A stretch of 64,000 nt of DNA from Nymphaea colorata (taxonomy: Eukaryota). This document shows positions 1 to 13,800 of this stretch, piece after piece (positions within the stretch are counted from its first letter, which is position 1; each line of letters begins with the position of its first letter). The notes beneath the pieces are model-generated. The model saw nothing but the letters and a program-made list of their open reading frames with translations, ran no database searches and was not told the DNA's origin. The position numbers and the translations under genes were made by a program. The DNA is taken from positions 20,646,001 through 20,710,000 of the forward strand of contig NC_045138.2 of NCBI RefSeq assembly GCF_008831285.2, given 5' to 3'.

Positions 1-13
1 TAGGGGGAGATTT

Positions 14-3000
14 CAGTGCACCTATTGTGGTAAAATAGGACATTTAGAAGACAGATGTTGGGATAAACATGGTCGTCCTTCCGTTGCATCCCTAAGAAGA
101 AATGTTGCATCTAAGCAGGGCAAGAATTCTTTACCGTCTCCTATTGGGTCTGCTCAGGCAGCTTCATCAGTTGTAGATGGGTCTTTATCTTCTTCTCACC
201 CTAAGACAGTGACAGTGAGTATCAACAAGTCTGAGTATGAGGACTTCCTAGCACTCAGATCTTCCCAGCCGTCGGCCTCTACAGTCATGATAGACAGTGC
301 TACGTCCGTTGATAGTGTCCCACATGATACAGGTACTACCTGGACCGAAGCATCGAGACACTTTTGTAGCAAACCTTCTATGTTTATTGTGCTACACATG
401 TTGCCTCAGGCACGTCATGTGAAACTTGCAGATGGTAGATGGTCACCTATTCTGGGTTATGGTGATATCAAGATTTCTCAGTCTATGACTATTCCTAATG
501 TGTTATATGCTCCTAAGTTCCCAACAAATTTGTTATCAGTTGGACAATTGATTAATGACTTACACTGTCGTGTAACATTTGACTATGGTTTATGTTCATT
601 TCAGGACTTGCAAACTGGGAAGACGATTGGTGGAGGCTATGAGAAAGGAGGCATCTACTTCCTGTCGGATCCAATGGGTATTGCAGCATCATCGATCACC
701 TCACCGTCCTCCTCTTTCCAGTGGCATCTCAGATTTGGTCATCCATCTGTCTCCAAGCTCCGTCACCTTCTTCCTCAGCTTTCAATACCAGAGTCATTCC
801 AGTGTGAAGCCTATCAACTTGGCAAACACATCCGTAGCAGTTATTCATCCGTCCAGTTGTGGACTATTTGATCTTCTTCATGTTGATGTGTGGGGTCCTA
901 GCAGAGTTGCTAGTAGGTCAAGATTTCGGTATTTTCTTGTCATTGTTGATGATTATTCTCGAGTCACTTGGGTCTTCCTTTTGAAGGAAAGGTCTAAAGT
1001 AGTATGTATTCTCAAAAATCTTGTTATTGAAATAAAGACCCAGTTTGGTATTCTTGTTAAAAACATTCGCACTGATAACGCCCTTGAGTTCAAAGCCTCA
1101 ACCTTAATGAAGTTTTACTCCGATAATGGCATTTCTCCTCAGTTTACTTGTCCTCATACCTCCCAACAAAATGGAGTAGCTGAACGTAAACATCGCCAAC
1201 TCTTAAATGTGGCTCGTTCCCTAATGCTTCATACCAAGTTACCTGCATCTTTTTGGGGAGATGTCATCCTCACGGCCTGTTACTTAACCAACCGTTTACC
1301 CTCATCCTCCATTGACAACAAGGTTCTCATTAAACTTGTGCATCCACAACGACCCTTATTTCCAGTGGCTCCCAAAATATTTGGTTGCACATGCTTCGTT
1401 CACATACTTGGACCCACACGTGATAAATTGGGAGCCCAAGCCATTAAGTGTATCTTTATAGGCTACTCCAGAAACCATAAGAGCTACAAATGCTTTGATC
1501 CCTTAACTCAAAAGGAGTATATCAGTGCGGATGTCACATTCTTTGAGTCTCAACCTTATTATAGCTCATCTTCCATCCTTCCTGAGATGCCACCATCACC
1601 AGACCTACTACCTATTCCTCCTATTCCTTTGGAGTCGTTCCCGTTTGAATCTCCTTCTACTGTAGTGTCCAAGTTTCGTGATCCTCCGCTGGTCTACACA
1701 CGTCGACAGGACCCTTCTCATAATCCTTCGCCAACCGTTTCTCAGGAGGTAAGTACATCTGAAGTGCATAGCCCTAGTCATTCTGATCCCTGTCAAGACT
1801 TACCTATTGCTCTTCGCAAAGGCAGGCGGCAATGTACTTTACATCCTATACCTCATTTTGTGTATACTGATGGTGTTCGTAAAAATATGCAACAGTTCAT
1901 TCAAGCTTTGGCTGCTCATACAGTTCCTACGTGTCACCAGCAGGCTTTATTAGACACCCAATGGAGACGGGCTATGCAAGATGAGAAGGATGCCTTAGTG
2001 CAGAGAGGCACTTGGGAACTTGTTGATCCTCCTCCTCGTTGTGATATTGTTGGCTCAAAGTAGGTATTCACAGTGAAATATAATTCTGATGGTTCTATGG
2101 AACGATACAAAGCTCGATTGGTTGGTAAGGGCTACACGCAGACCTACGGTGTGGATTTCTTTGAGACCTTCTCTCCAGTTGCTCGATTGGGAACCATTCG
2201 TCTTATCATTTCTGTGGCTGTCCACCATGACTGACACATGTATCAACTGAATGTCAAAAACGCCTTTTTGTATGGTGATCTCGATGAGACTGTCTATATG
2301 CAACAACCACTAGGATTTGAACGACAGGGGGAGTGTGGCAAAGTGTGCAAGCTGAAGAAAGCTATTTATGGACTCAAGCAGAGTCCTCATGCGTGGTTTC
2401 ACAAGTTTTCCGAGGTAGTCTCAAAGTGTGGCTTTGTGAGATCTCCTCTTGATCATTCTCTGTTTATCAAGAAGACTTCCAGAGGTATAACCGTTCTCGT
2501 GGTTTATGTTGATGATATTATCCTAACAGGTGACTCTGATCAAGAAATTTCTGATGCAAAACTGTTTCTTCAAAAACACTTTGTGACGAAAGATCTTGGT
2601 CCACTTCGATACTTCTTGGGAATAGAAGTTGCTCGCAATAGGGAGGGTGTTGTTCTCTCTCAACGGAAGTATGTTCTTGATTTATTGCAGGACACAGGGA
2701 TGCTAGGAGCTAAACCGGCTAATTTGCCTATGAATCCACGTATACACCTTCATGATGACCAAACAGAATTAGTGGATTCTCGATCTTATAGATCCCTTAT
2801 TGAAAAACTACTCTATGTTACTGTGACAAGACCAGACATTAGTTTTGCAGTGGGGAAGCTAAGTCAATTTATGGAAAAACCAAGGAAAGTTCATTGGGAT
2901 GCTGCTTTGATGGTGGTTAAATATCTGAAATCGTCTCCTGGCAAAGGCCTTTTGTTCACAAAAGGCAACACTCTGGAAGTGGAAGCCTATAGTGATGCTG

Positions 3001-3428
3001 ACTATGCTGGCTCAATCGAGGACAAAAAATCTACCACAGGATTTTGTGTATTTGTGGGAGGCAACCTCATATCATGGAGAAGTGAAAAACAAGGCGTGGT
3101 GTCAAGATCTAGTGCAGAATCTAAATACAGAGCTATGGCTCGAACTGCAACAGAAATGACTTGGGCTAGATCCATGCTATCTAGCCTAAGTGTGTCGATT
3201 CCACTTCCCATGAAGATGTATTGTGACAATCGTGCAGCCACATACATTGCTAATAATCCAGTTTTTCATGAGAGAACTAAACATATTGAGGTTGACTGTC
3301 ATTACATTCGGGATCTCGTTCAAAGAGGAACCATTGCCACTATTCATGTCCCTTCAGAAGACCAAGCTGCAGATGTCTTCACCAAAGCTCTCCCTATTGG
3401 TGATTTCTCTAATGTTGTGACAAGCTGA
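14..3428 (+). pseudogene. Disrupted copia gag-pol polyprotein
   Basis: Split over ORFs 209-871, 579-2063 and 2238-3428. There is a frameshift near 850 and in-frame stops at 2061-2063 (TAG) and ~2232 (TGA) at positions that are normally Trp. Confidence 0.9.
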
Positions 3429-3464
3429 GCACGTTTACTATGTATGCTCCAGCTTGAGGAGGAG

Positions 3465-3682
3465 TGTTGAAATAAGAAAGTTTATGTTTCTAGGTGGTTC
3501 TTTGTAATATTAAAGAGTTATAAGATCTCTTTAATATTTCCTTTATTTTAGATTGATGTAATATGTAAATCTTCTTTCTACCCTAATCTCTTTATAATAG
3601 AGATTAGGGTTAGTGAATGGAACGTGTTCTTTTCTTCTCAACTCTCAAGTCTTCAGCCCTCTCTCTCTCTCTCCACGTTTCA
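3465..3682 (+). repeat. 3' LTR of the copia element
   Basis: Starts TGTTG directly after the PPT and contains AT-rich and CT-repeat tracts. It ends either at TTTCA (3682) or CAACA (~3693); the end cannot be fixed without the 5' LTR. Confidence 0.7.
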
Positions 3683-5789
3683 AGGCTGCAACATATACCA
3701 ATGCACTTAGGTGGGAACAACAACCAGACACATTCATGTTAAAAAGATTTCAAATAAAAATCAGCCATGCTAACAGGTTTATGATTACTAATTTGGTTAG
3801 AAAACATGTTTTATTTCAAGTTTTTTTAATGCAAAATATTGGTTTTTCTACTACCAAAAGTTTTAGTGTCTACGAGCCATTATCTTTTTATGATTAAAAT
3901 AACACATTTAGAAACCTGAAAAATTAATTGACTTAATATATATTTCATATCTATAAGGTTAGATTGCACAAAAAAGACACTGATAATCGATTTTAGTGTT
4001 CTTATTTTTTGCCATGACCTAAATTGTCTGGATATACACACCATATAGAGGAACATGCATATCATAAGTATGGATGCAGAAGCAGCATTTTTAATATCAA
4101 AAGCAAAAGAACGCAAAATCATAAACAGCAGAAGCATAAAATATGAACTGTTTATCAGACTAGATTAATGGATGCATGAGTATGATTCATTTAGCAACAC
4201 CAAGGGCACAGAATCGGCCCTTATGCACTAGTAGACTAACTTGGTTAACTACTCAAAGACTAGTTCTTACCTTAGGCAAGCTACACTTGCTTCTTTTTTC
4301 TTCTTTTTCCTTTTTCAGGAAATATCTTTCAAAAATACCATCCCCTCCTTTTCTTGGCATGTGCTTTTTAAACATGCTCACACAAACATGATAATTTTGA
4401 CATTGTAATTAATGTTTCTATATTTTCTATTGATTATATTTTTCTAACCCAATGTGGACCAACTAGTCCCAACTATTCTTTTAGGGACCAGGCCAACTAG
4501 TGTGTAACTTCTAGCTTCGGCTACTAGAGTTAAAACCAGACCTCGTCACCAAGTTGACTAGTAAGTCACAAGTCAAAACACTCCAGGATGGTCCTCAAGC
4601 CTTTGGGTTTTAAAACCCTCGTTGATTACAAATCCATGTGGCTGAAGATTGAATTCAGTAAGCTGAGCAGCAGGCACCTACACCAGAAAACAGTGGAGGT
4701 GTTGCATAGGTAGAAGTGGCCTCCTCAAAAGACTCCATGTTGCATAGGCTGCAATAGCTAGTCTAGCTGCAGGATTCTTCTCCATTGCTAAGGGATCCGT
4801 AAGAAAAGGCACCAACCGAATGATTAGTGCAGACCAACTAGCCATAACCATGCTGTCCAGGCCAGATGCAAGGATAACCTATCCCATTTTAAAGTGACAA
4901 ACATGGAGACGAATGATATCTGTGTAGTCTTTCACAGATGAGCTGATGATAATAGAGATTCTACCAAAAGCTGTCATAAAGAACTACTTTATCCAACCCA
5001 CCTTTATTAACAAGTTAACCCAACATGAAATAGTTATTTTTAAGCTAAACAGGCCCATATTGTTATTCCTCTGTCAGGGAATGACAAGCAAACCTAATTC
5101 AACCTCTTTCTACCTTCCTAACTGCCTTCCTAACAACTGCGAATAGAGAGAGGAGGTACCAGAGGATGATTTATCCTGCAATTTAATCCAACTATCCAGC
5201 TCACTCAAAATACTTACCTATTCAAAATAGATACTAAAAAGCACAGTTATTCAGAAAAAATAACAAAATTACCAAAAAAACAAGAAAGGAGAACGTGCAC
5301 AGTTGCTCGAGGACTCAGAAGAGTGCAATGGAATCAATATCTTCCCAAAAAAAAAATCAATTCTTCTGAAAGGACTGCAACACCTCATTTTTTTCAAGTT
5401 TATTCATGCAATGAAACCCCACACTGAGTTGAAGAAACCAAAACTAGACCATTTATTTACTAAAATTTGGACAATTGACACCTGAAAATTGCATTGAAGA
5501 AGGTGCAGAAACAATAAGCAAACAAAAAAACACAACCACTAAAAGGCAGAAACAAATAAAAATAACGATAAAAGTAATAGCAACATTTCCCAGGAAATAA
5601 TAAACATCAACAACTGTAACATATTAATGGCCACTTGCAGAAAACATTCTTTCAAGAGGATCACAGGATTGATTTTTTCTTTTCTTCAGGAAAGTATATC
5701 ATCCATGCAACTGAAAAATCTCAACAGTGAAGTTGAAGAAACAAAAAAAAAAAATTCAAGACCAGATCAATTTAAGAATTGCAAGTTAC

Positions 5790-5960
5790 CCGTAATTTGA
5801 GCCAACTAAGCATTCCCCGCCTCTTCCCTTTCTTATAATCTTTCTTCAGCTCTTCCAAACTGATGCCATCACATCGTGCTCCAGCAGAGAGCTCTGAATC
5901 AAGACTACCAACATCATCATCAAATAAATAGTCCCTTTTCCTGTCGGGTAAATACACCAG
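5790..5960 (-). CDS. Kinesin-7 coding exon 16
   Basis: [16 protein letters not shown]...[15 protein letters not shown]; donor GTAACT. Confidence 0.92.
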
Positions 5961-8900
5961 CTGCATCAGAAAAGGCATCGAATCAGTCTCAAGAGTCTAC
6001 GTAAGGGAAATGATTATCTTTCAATCTGAAACTAAATGCGAAGCTGAACTGTCTGACAAATGGAATGACTTTCCAGTTTACCTATCAATATTACATTGGA
6101 AAATATACCCAATTAACAATCAAAGCCGTTCAAACAGAATTCATTGTGTCCAAAGCAATCCCATTTATGCATTTTATTGCGTTCTTAAGTAATTGATATA
6201 CCATCTATAAGAACGGCGATAGTGATGATAATATGTTGTGTGTATGCATGAGTCTGTGTGTGCATACATGCAAGCAAATGCAATTTTATATATCGCTCAC
6301 CTCGTCTTCTCCAAAAGAGTGTCTCCTCCTGTGACTGGCCTTCACTGAAAGATTGGAAGGCATTGCATTCTTTGTTGATACCAATATAAGTTTTGTCAGG
6401 CGTTGGATTCTTCCCATCAAAGCAGCCTTTGCTTGTTCTTCCTCTTCTAATCTTGACTGCAATTTGACCTGACCAGCCTCAAGCTTAAAAAGGAAAAGAA
6501 CAGAAATTTAGTTAAAGAAAGACATAAAGAAGCAACTTAACAAAGAAACTAATGCACTACAATGTTCTCACCATATTGCTCTCGTAGAAATCAACTAACA
6601 GTTGAACAACCAAAAGAATGTAATTTAATTTGGCTTCTAAGTTCTAACACGTAGTAGGCACAATATGTGATGATATAAATTTAGATAGGTAAACAATCAC
6701 GTTAAACAGCTCTACTTATTGTTCAGGGAATAATCATTCAATAAAGAACCTTTTAACCACACTCTGCATGCATAGCATATCAAACAGATGCACAATCAGG
6801 GCCCAGCCTCCAAAAGAAACAGAGCAATGTTGAGCCAGTCAGTTCAATACATATTTATTTACTTACATACAGTTCTCAACTAAGATAAGTGATAAATATA
6901 GCATAGTTATGGCTTTACTTGAAAATATTTTGACATTTCTCAATGATACAATTAATCATGAAGTTCTACAAACTTTCTATGTTTAAATGAGAAGTTACAT
7001 ATTGTTTTTCGTTTAAAAACAATAGTTAAAAAAACCTGGCCCTATTGACTGAGTTGACCCACCATGTCATGAGTTAACAATCAATGAGTAGAGTCCCAAG
7101 TCATCGGGTTTAAAAACATTGCATTTAACTTCGGAATGTAAAGAAGAATTCGGGGTTGTAACCAACTGTGCAATTGATTCAATACATGGTTTCAAGTTGC
7201 AGACCAGGCAAAGGTTGTTAAATCGTGTATAAGGTTTGGGTCATGATGTCTGGATCTGGACCCAGATTCAGACGTCATATGAGGTGTTTCCTTTTTACCG
7301 TTATGTTTTCTCATTAATGACATAGCTCTAATATTCTCCTTCTTTCTTGTTTTTTCTGTGCATAAGTCTTCGGTGGATGATGCAGTAATCTGACATTACA
7401 AAGTCTTAGAAAGGTAACACATTAATAATTTGAAAAGAGATTTTCGATAAGGCCCCCAGCCTGCAAAACGATAGAACCTAAATATTTTGTATGATATTGA
7501 AAAATAAAGAAAAAAAAAGGCGCACACATGCAAGTGAAGGCACATCTATGAAACATATTGAAAGGAATGATTCAGAAAATATATGACAAGACATACTTAA
7601 AATATAAGAAACTGCCATGATGATATCATCGCGCATCAATAAAAAGTAATTCTTGGAAACACCAAGACTCTTCACTGACACAGTCCACCTAGCGTACAAG
7701 ATTATAAAATAATGACATTTCTACAAATTCTTATATAACATTGTTAATAACGATCCAAAATAGGATTTGAAATTACGAAACAGAAATAAGGGAATACATA
7801 CACTAAAACATTAAAATACATTTAGATGTTTTTTGAAAAAAAAATTACTGCATAATTTTTCCTAGTAATATTTTAAAAATATCATGACATTTTCCCAATA
7901 AAGAGTATGTCAATCTGTTCTGTTGATAATATTGTGTTATTTTCAAAATATAAATACTTCTGACAATGAGACACACATGCAGAGCATAGAGTCAATATCC
8001 CAGCATATTAAGAAATGGCGTATCATATCAACCACATATGCATCCATGTCACATAAGAAAAGAAACAAAAAAAGTAACTGAATATTATATGATACTAGCA
8101 TGACACTATCACAGTATTATTCTAATACAATAATGAAGATACCATGAAATAACCATTATCATTTTTACACCTAACAAAACCTTGCTTTTTTATCATATTC
8201 CCAACTTGCTTGACAGATTCAAAAGAAAAGGAAATAACATAGGACATTGCACGACAACTAGAAATATTGGATACTCATATCAAAAAAGTGAAAATTGATG
8301 GAAGAACAATAACAAATACAAATTGTTTAGAAGTTAGAACATAAAAAGGAGTACCTGCAGCTTCAAATTGACAAGATCTTCCTGATTAGAAGAGAGATAT
8401 GGTCTTTCCATCATACCGCGCTTTAATTGCTGGAGCTCTTGCTTTAAACTGGAAATCTCCCTCTGATACTTCTTTATCAGTGATTTCTCATCCATTATCT
8501 GAAGTACATAAATTGGTTAGTTTCTCATAGAAATTTAATAGCACATGGAAAGACAAAAGAACTTTTGAACATCAAATCAAGTACCTTATTTTGAGAAGCC
8601 TTTATCTCAACATGTTTGCTTCGATGTGCAAATTTCAGAGTATTGTGTGTCTCCTCACTATTGCTAGAGGCCGGTGTGACAGTGCAAATGAGCTACTTGA
8701 GAGAAAACCCACATGCATTAACACTCGAAAGAAATCCACTATATATATCATTTCTAAAAGGCAGTAATGGGAAAAGAAATGAAAGACAGGGAGGCAGAGG
8801 GAGAGAGAGGTGAATATGAGGCTTACAGAGATGCGCCCATGTCCACTTAGGGAAGATTGTAATAAACGAGTAAGTTTAGAATCCCTGTAGGGAATATGTG

Positions 8901-10440
8901 TTGCCTTTCCATCAGTTAACTTGGCAATAACCTGCAATTTTTAAGTAGAAGCACTTCTGAGTTAGTAACTCCAAGCTTATGTAACTTATTCACATGCACC
9001 ATAGAACCAATAAAGGCAAAAAAACACATTTAAAAGTTGAAACATAATAGAAACAAAATTTCAAACTATAATTTACAAATACTTAACCATTAATGCTCAG
9101 TAGTTCCAACGTTCTCTCTTCTTACTAACCTAATAATGAACGTGAATGAATTGAAGTTGACTGTCCTATCTCAGTCATATATTTTCCATAATAGAATCAC
9201 AGTTTGCATGCTTCGAAAAGCCAAGGCATGAGAGAACAGTTATTACTTCCTTTGGACATGACAACTCGACAAAAGTCACATATACCTTTTCGGAGACTAT
9301 CATATATAGTAAAACAAAATGCAAAATGCCCATAGTGCAATTTGATATTATCACAGAGACAAATGCACAATTCCCCATAATGCAGTCCACTAACAAATAA
9401 AATGGGAATCTTAATTAATCATAAAGCCTTCCAGCATGACATTGCATACCCAGAGGAGATCTCAATTGAAAAATAATTAGCATAGAAAATTAAAATTTCC
9501 CAGACAGCTTTCACCAAAAAACTAAATAAAAATTCTCATTTATTTACTCAGAGGTCTATTCAAGACCTGTATATTATATTCTAGCTACTAAAAATAGCCC
9601 ACTGTATGTATTTGACAGGTACATATATATCACCATCTTGTTTCTGTATTATAGAATTAGACCTACCATATGAAGACCTAACAGCTACCTAAATTGAAAG
9701 ATGTAAAGCAAGCAACCATTACCAGAACAAATCAACATTGAGTGCTTCTTTGAATTTCCCCAAACATAACAAATTTGACACTCCATAGATAAAGGATTTT
9801 CATGCCATTGCTTCAGAAACATGGGACTCAATCACAAGTTCGGAACATAAGATCAGCAAAAGAGTTCAGCACCTGTAGTTGGGTTTGGAATAACATTTAA
9901 TTCAGGTTCCAATAAATTTTGCTTCATAGGTTAATAACCTCCAACTGAAACACCAATCTACAATTTGCTGATTCTCAGCAACAAAATAGCACTTGAAGAT
10001 AACTGCTGCTACTTGCTGTAACAATCCTCAGTCTGTCACATTCACTGCCGCGTGTTGATGATCAAGCAAAAAAGTTCAGGCCTTACTAGAGGTAATATAT
10101 TGACAAAGGCACCTATGATCTTCCCAAAGAAGTCGCTCATGTAAACCTAATGAATAACCTAACTAACTATACAAAACACATCCAGTTGCTTTCCATAGTA
10201 GGAAATAAAACTGTGTTAAGCTGTAACGCGCGGCGTTTGGGCGGAGCGGGTCGGGTCAGGGTCCAGACCCGGACCCTAGCCCCACGCGAGAGGAGCCCGA
10301 CGCTGTCCCTCCTCCCTCGCATTCTCTTCTCCTTCGCTTTCCTCTTACCGTCTCTTCCTTACCCACGACCGGAGCTCAGGGAAGAAGGCGACGGCGGCGG
10401 CGACGGCGGCGGCGGCGGCGACGGCGGCGGCGGCGACGGC

Positions 10441-10471
<31 letters not shown>

Positions 10472-10569
10472 GCGGCGGCGACGGCGGCGGCGACGGCGGC
10501 GGCGACGGCGGCGGCGGCGACGGCGGCGGCGGCGACGACGGCGGCGGCGACGACGGCGGCGACGGCGGC

Positions 10570-10600
<31 letters not shown>

Positions 10601-10656
10601 ACGGCGGCGACGGCGGCGACGGCGACGGCGGCGGCGACGGCGGCGGCGGCGACGGC

Positions 10657-10688
<32 letters not shown>

Positions 10689-10774
10689 CGGCGGCGGCGA
10701 CGGCGGCGGCGGCGACGGCGGCGGCGACGGCGGCGGCGGCGACGGCGGCGGCGGCGACGGCGGCGGCGGCGGCG

Positions 10775-10844
<70 letters not shown>

Positions 10845-10861
10845 CGGCGGCGGCGGCGGCG

Positions 10862-10895
<34 letters not shown>

Positions 10896-13800
10896 CGGCG
10901 GCGGCGGCGGCGGCGACGGCGGCGTTGAGGTGAACCCTGTCGTCCCCTGCCTCTTCCTCTCTTCTCTTTTCTTCTCCTTCCCGTTTTCTTTCCCTTCTCC
11001 CTCTCCCACCGTCTCTCGTCTCCCCTCTCCACCGAACGACCCTCCCTCTCCCACTGTCTCTCGTCTCCCCTCTCCACCGAACGACTCTCCCTCTCCCACT
11101 GTCACTCGTCTCACTCTCCACCGTCTCTCTCTCTTCTCTCCCGTCCTCTCCCCTCACTGCCTTCTTTTCCCCTTTTGACCGAACCCTCTCCCCATTTTCT
11201 GCTCGTTTTCTATTTTTCTCCAATCAAGTACTTTCTCTCACTGATTTTCACTGTGCTATCACTGTTGGATCCGTTTTCAGCTTGAGGATTTGTCTTCCCC
11301 CTCGTAACAGCAATTAGAGAAGGCCTTGGTAGTGGCGGCATTGGAGGATTTTAGCCGTTTGGGGACCACTTGGACGCGTGAGGTGGCTGCCGGGAGGATT
11401 ACAACAGTTTAGACCTTCAATCGGGGTGAGCAAGGCGAAATTGAACCTATTTTATGATATATTTCTCTTTGGAATGCTCATAATTATTGGTTGAGCATGC
11501 TAGAGCTTTGAATTGATTATTTGGAACACATGTTAGTGATTTCGTTTTTGGGGAAAAGCTTGCGATTATGTTGGGAAGCGAAGATTCATATTTTGGATGA
11601 TCATTTAAGCATGATAGATTAATTTTCGAAGCATTAGGGGAGACATGGTAGAGTTTGTGAGGTTGTGGGGAAGATTTAGGACCGTTTTAGTGAGCCTGTA
11701 GCACGCGTTTTTGTGAACGGGTGCATCTTGGAGTTAAATAGGGATAACGTACATAAGTTGGAAGTATCTTTGGGGTAGACGCCTTGATTTAAGAAAAAGG
11801 GAATTTTGAGAAAGGCGTTAGTGATAGACGGATTGATGGCTTTGAGTTTTGGCATCTATTGGCACGGCTAGGAGTGGGAAGTGACCCTATTGGAGAACTT
11901 GTGGGTCGACACTACCCGTCGACACCCTCTTGAGGCGATGACGCGTGCCTCAATGACCTTGTTTTGTTTTTGTTTGAATTGTTGAGGTTTGTAGTAGGAA
12001 TCTTATCTTGTGTTTGTGTCTGCAGGTTCACCGGGTACGTCCCGTCGACCTTGAGTTACCGGATTCGAAGCTCGAGGCATTTTGAAGATTCTTGTGAACG
12101 CGCCACAGGTATGGCGACATTCCAGGCAAATCCCTGCCTGGGCAAGTGAATGAATGTGTGTTCCTAAGATCATGGGATCCTAGGATTTGTGATATGAATT
12201 GATTGAGTGTTCCGTGAATGAATATGTGTATACATGTACATAAATTGGTATATGATATGAATTGTTTTGAAAGGCTTATAGTAATTGTTTTGATAATGTT
12301 ACGCATTGTATGTGCATGCTAGAATTGATAACTGTTTAGGACAGATGAGGCGGGGTATCGAGTCGAGTGTCTCCTCGACCCCAATTGTGCATTAGAAAGC
12401 ATTCTAGAATGATAACTGCATAGGACAGCTACGAGCCCACCACAGATTGAGACTACTCTCTGTGGTTTGGCTAAGTTTTCAAAGATGTGATTGTTATGAT
12501 GATGAATGTGAATGTTATGTTTATTGAATACTCATTGCCGCGGGCAATGATGCAAATGTTTGCACAGTGGGTAGTTGTACCCATATTGTTATGACGGCTA
12601 GCCAAAACTGTTGTGGTTATGTGTAACCCTCGTGTGGAGGCAATTGGAGGTGTGGGTTTACTCGTGAAGTGAACCAACCTCAGGAGCTAGCCAGTTAAAT
12701 GTGTTTGTGCAAGTATAAGTATAAGAATGAAAGAATAAGAGATGAGAGGCCAGTGGGATGTGACTATGTATATGGGAGTTGTCCCACTTTCGCCACTGGT
12801 CTCGCCTGTTCGGAGCGCAGGCAGTGCAAGGCCCCAGGGTACTGTTGTGTGATGTGCTTGGAGCGTAGGCTCCCGCCTTCCCAACCTGGGTGTCCTAGGG
12901 AAGGCTGAGTATCTCTCCTTGGAATTCACACATCCATGGATGAGTGCCCTACCGCTGCAGTGGATAGATGGATCCATACTGTTCTGGGCTACCACGGGGG
13001 TTGTCTCTCGGCTGTGGGCCGCCCGCGGTGTGCACGTGCCTGTGTTTGCACCCACAGGAACTGTAAATTCACTGATAGTAATGAAACTGCAATGTATGTG
13101 ATTGAAATATATAGGATTGTTGTGCATGTGACTGTTGTGCTTATGAATGCAAGTGACATGTTGATGATGCCTTGCATGTGATTGAAATTATGTTATTGTA
13201 GCCATTGAGTGGCGTCTGCATGTCGTGTCTTGACACGACATAATGATAGATTGTTCTGATATTTGTTTGTGTACTGAGCCCGACCTAAGAGGGCTTGGAC
13301 TTTTCCTGGCTTGTTGCCATACTGCGAAGGCTAAGCCTTCAATTGTTTCCTTTTTTCAGGTTTTGGTGTACCCGGGGCAGCAGGCTGAGCAGATGGCTAC
13401 ACTCACGTCCTACTGGGGAGGTTTTGGGTTTTGTTTTGTTCTTGTAGTGCCGGCGCGTCGGGTTTTTGGTTTTACTGATGCCTTGTTTTTGATTAGGCAT
13501 CGATGTTGTGATTTTGGGGCATTTTTGTCAAATGTACAATTGAATTGAAATGCTATATAATGGAAAGCTTGCCCCATTGTTTTGAATTGTATGGCTCATT
13601 CCTTTTTGAACTATTGTGTAGTCACACCTCGATGTTGGATGTTAGAAAAAAAAAATGTTTGAGTGTCAAAAAGGTCGGGGTGTGACATAAGCTGTCTAGG
13701 ATCATGTTCAAAATGAAAAAGCTTACTGAAATAAACAGTTCAGTGAAGCCCAAGAAAAAAAAAACGATGCAGGAAATCAAGAAAGGAAAGGATACAATAT

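Larger units (their letters stand above)
1..3682 (+). mobile_element. Ty1/copia LTR retrotransposon, 5' end outside the window, decayed; lies in an intron of the kinesin gene in antisense orientation
   Basis: Domain order is gag zinc knuckle (CTYCGKIGHLEDRC from ~17), GAG-pre-integrase (WHLRFGHPS), integrase (LLHVDVWGP, IRTDNA, QQNGVAERKHR), RT (KNAFLYG, YVDDII), RNase H (YSDADYAG, DQAADVFTKAL). A polypurine tract GAGGAGGAG at ~3456-3464 precedes the LTR. Confidence 0.95.
10222..13687 (+). mobile_element. Solo LTR (3466 bp), Ty3/gypsy Tekay/Del-like, in kinesin intron 11
   Basis: Begins TGTAACGCG and ends GGGGTGTGACA. A perfect 5-bp TSD TAAGC lies at 10217-10221 and 13688-13692. No retroelement coding domains inside. 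The lineage call rests on terminal motifs and length. Confidence 0.85.

Noticed and set aside
5211..5240. Strong minus-strand donor (GTAAGTA) as a possible kinesin exon 17
   Set aside because: The adjacent sequence has stops and no kinesin-like translation; the next exon is probably left of the window.
10150..11223. Long ORFs resembling glycine-rich, extensin-like (SPPPP), poly-Ala or poly-Arg proteins
   Set aside because: All frames are open only because the GGC/GAC array has no stop codons; it lies inside a TSD-bounded solo LTR within an intron.
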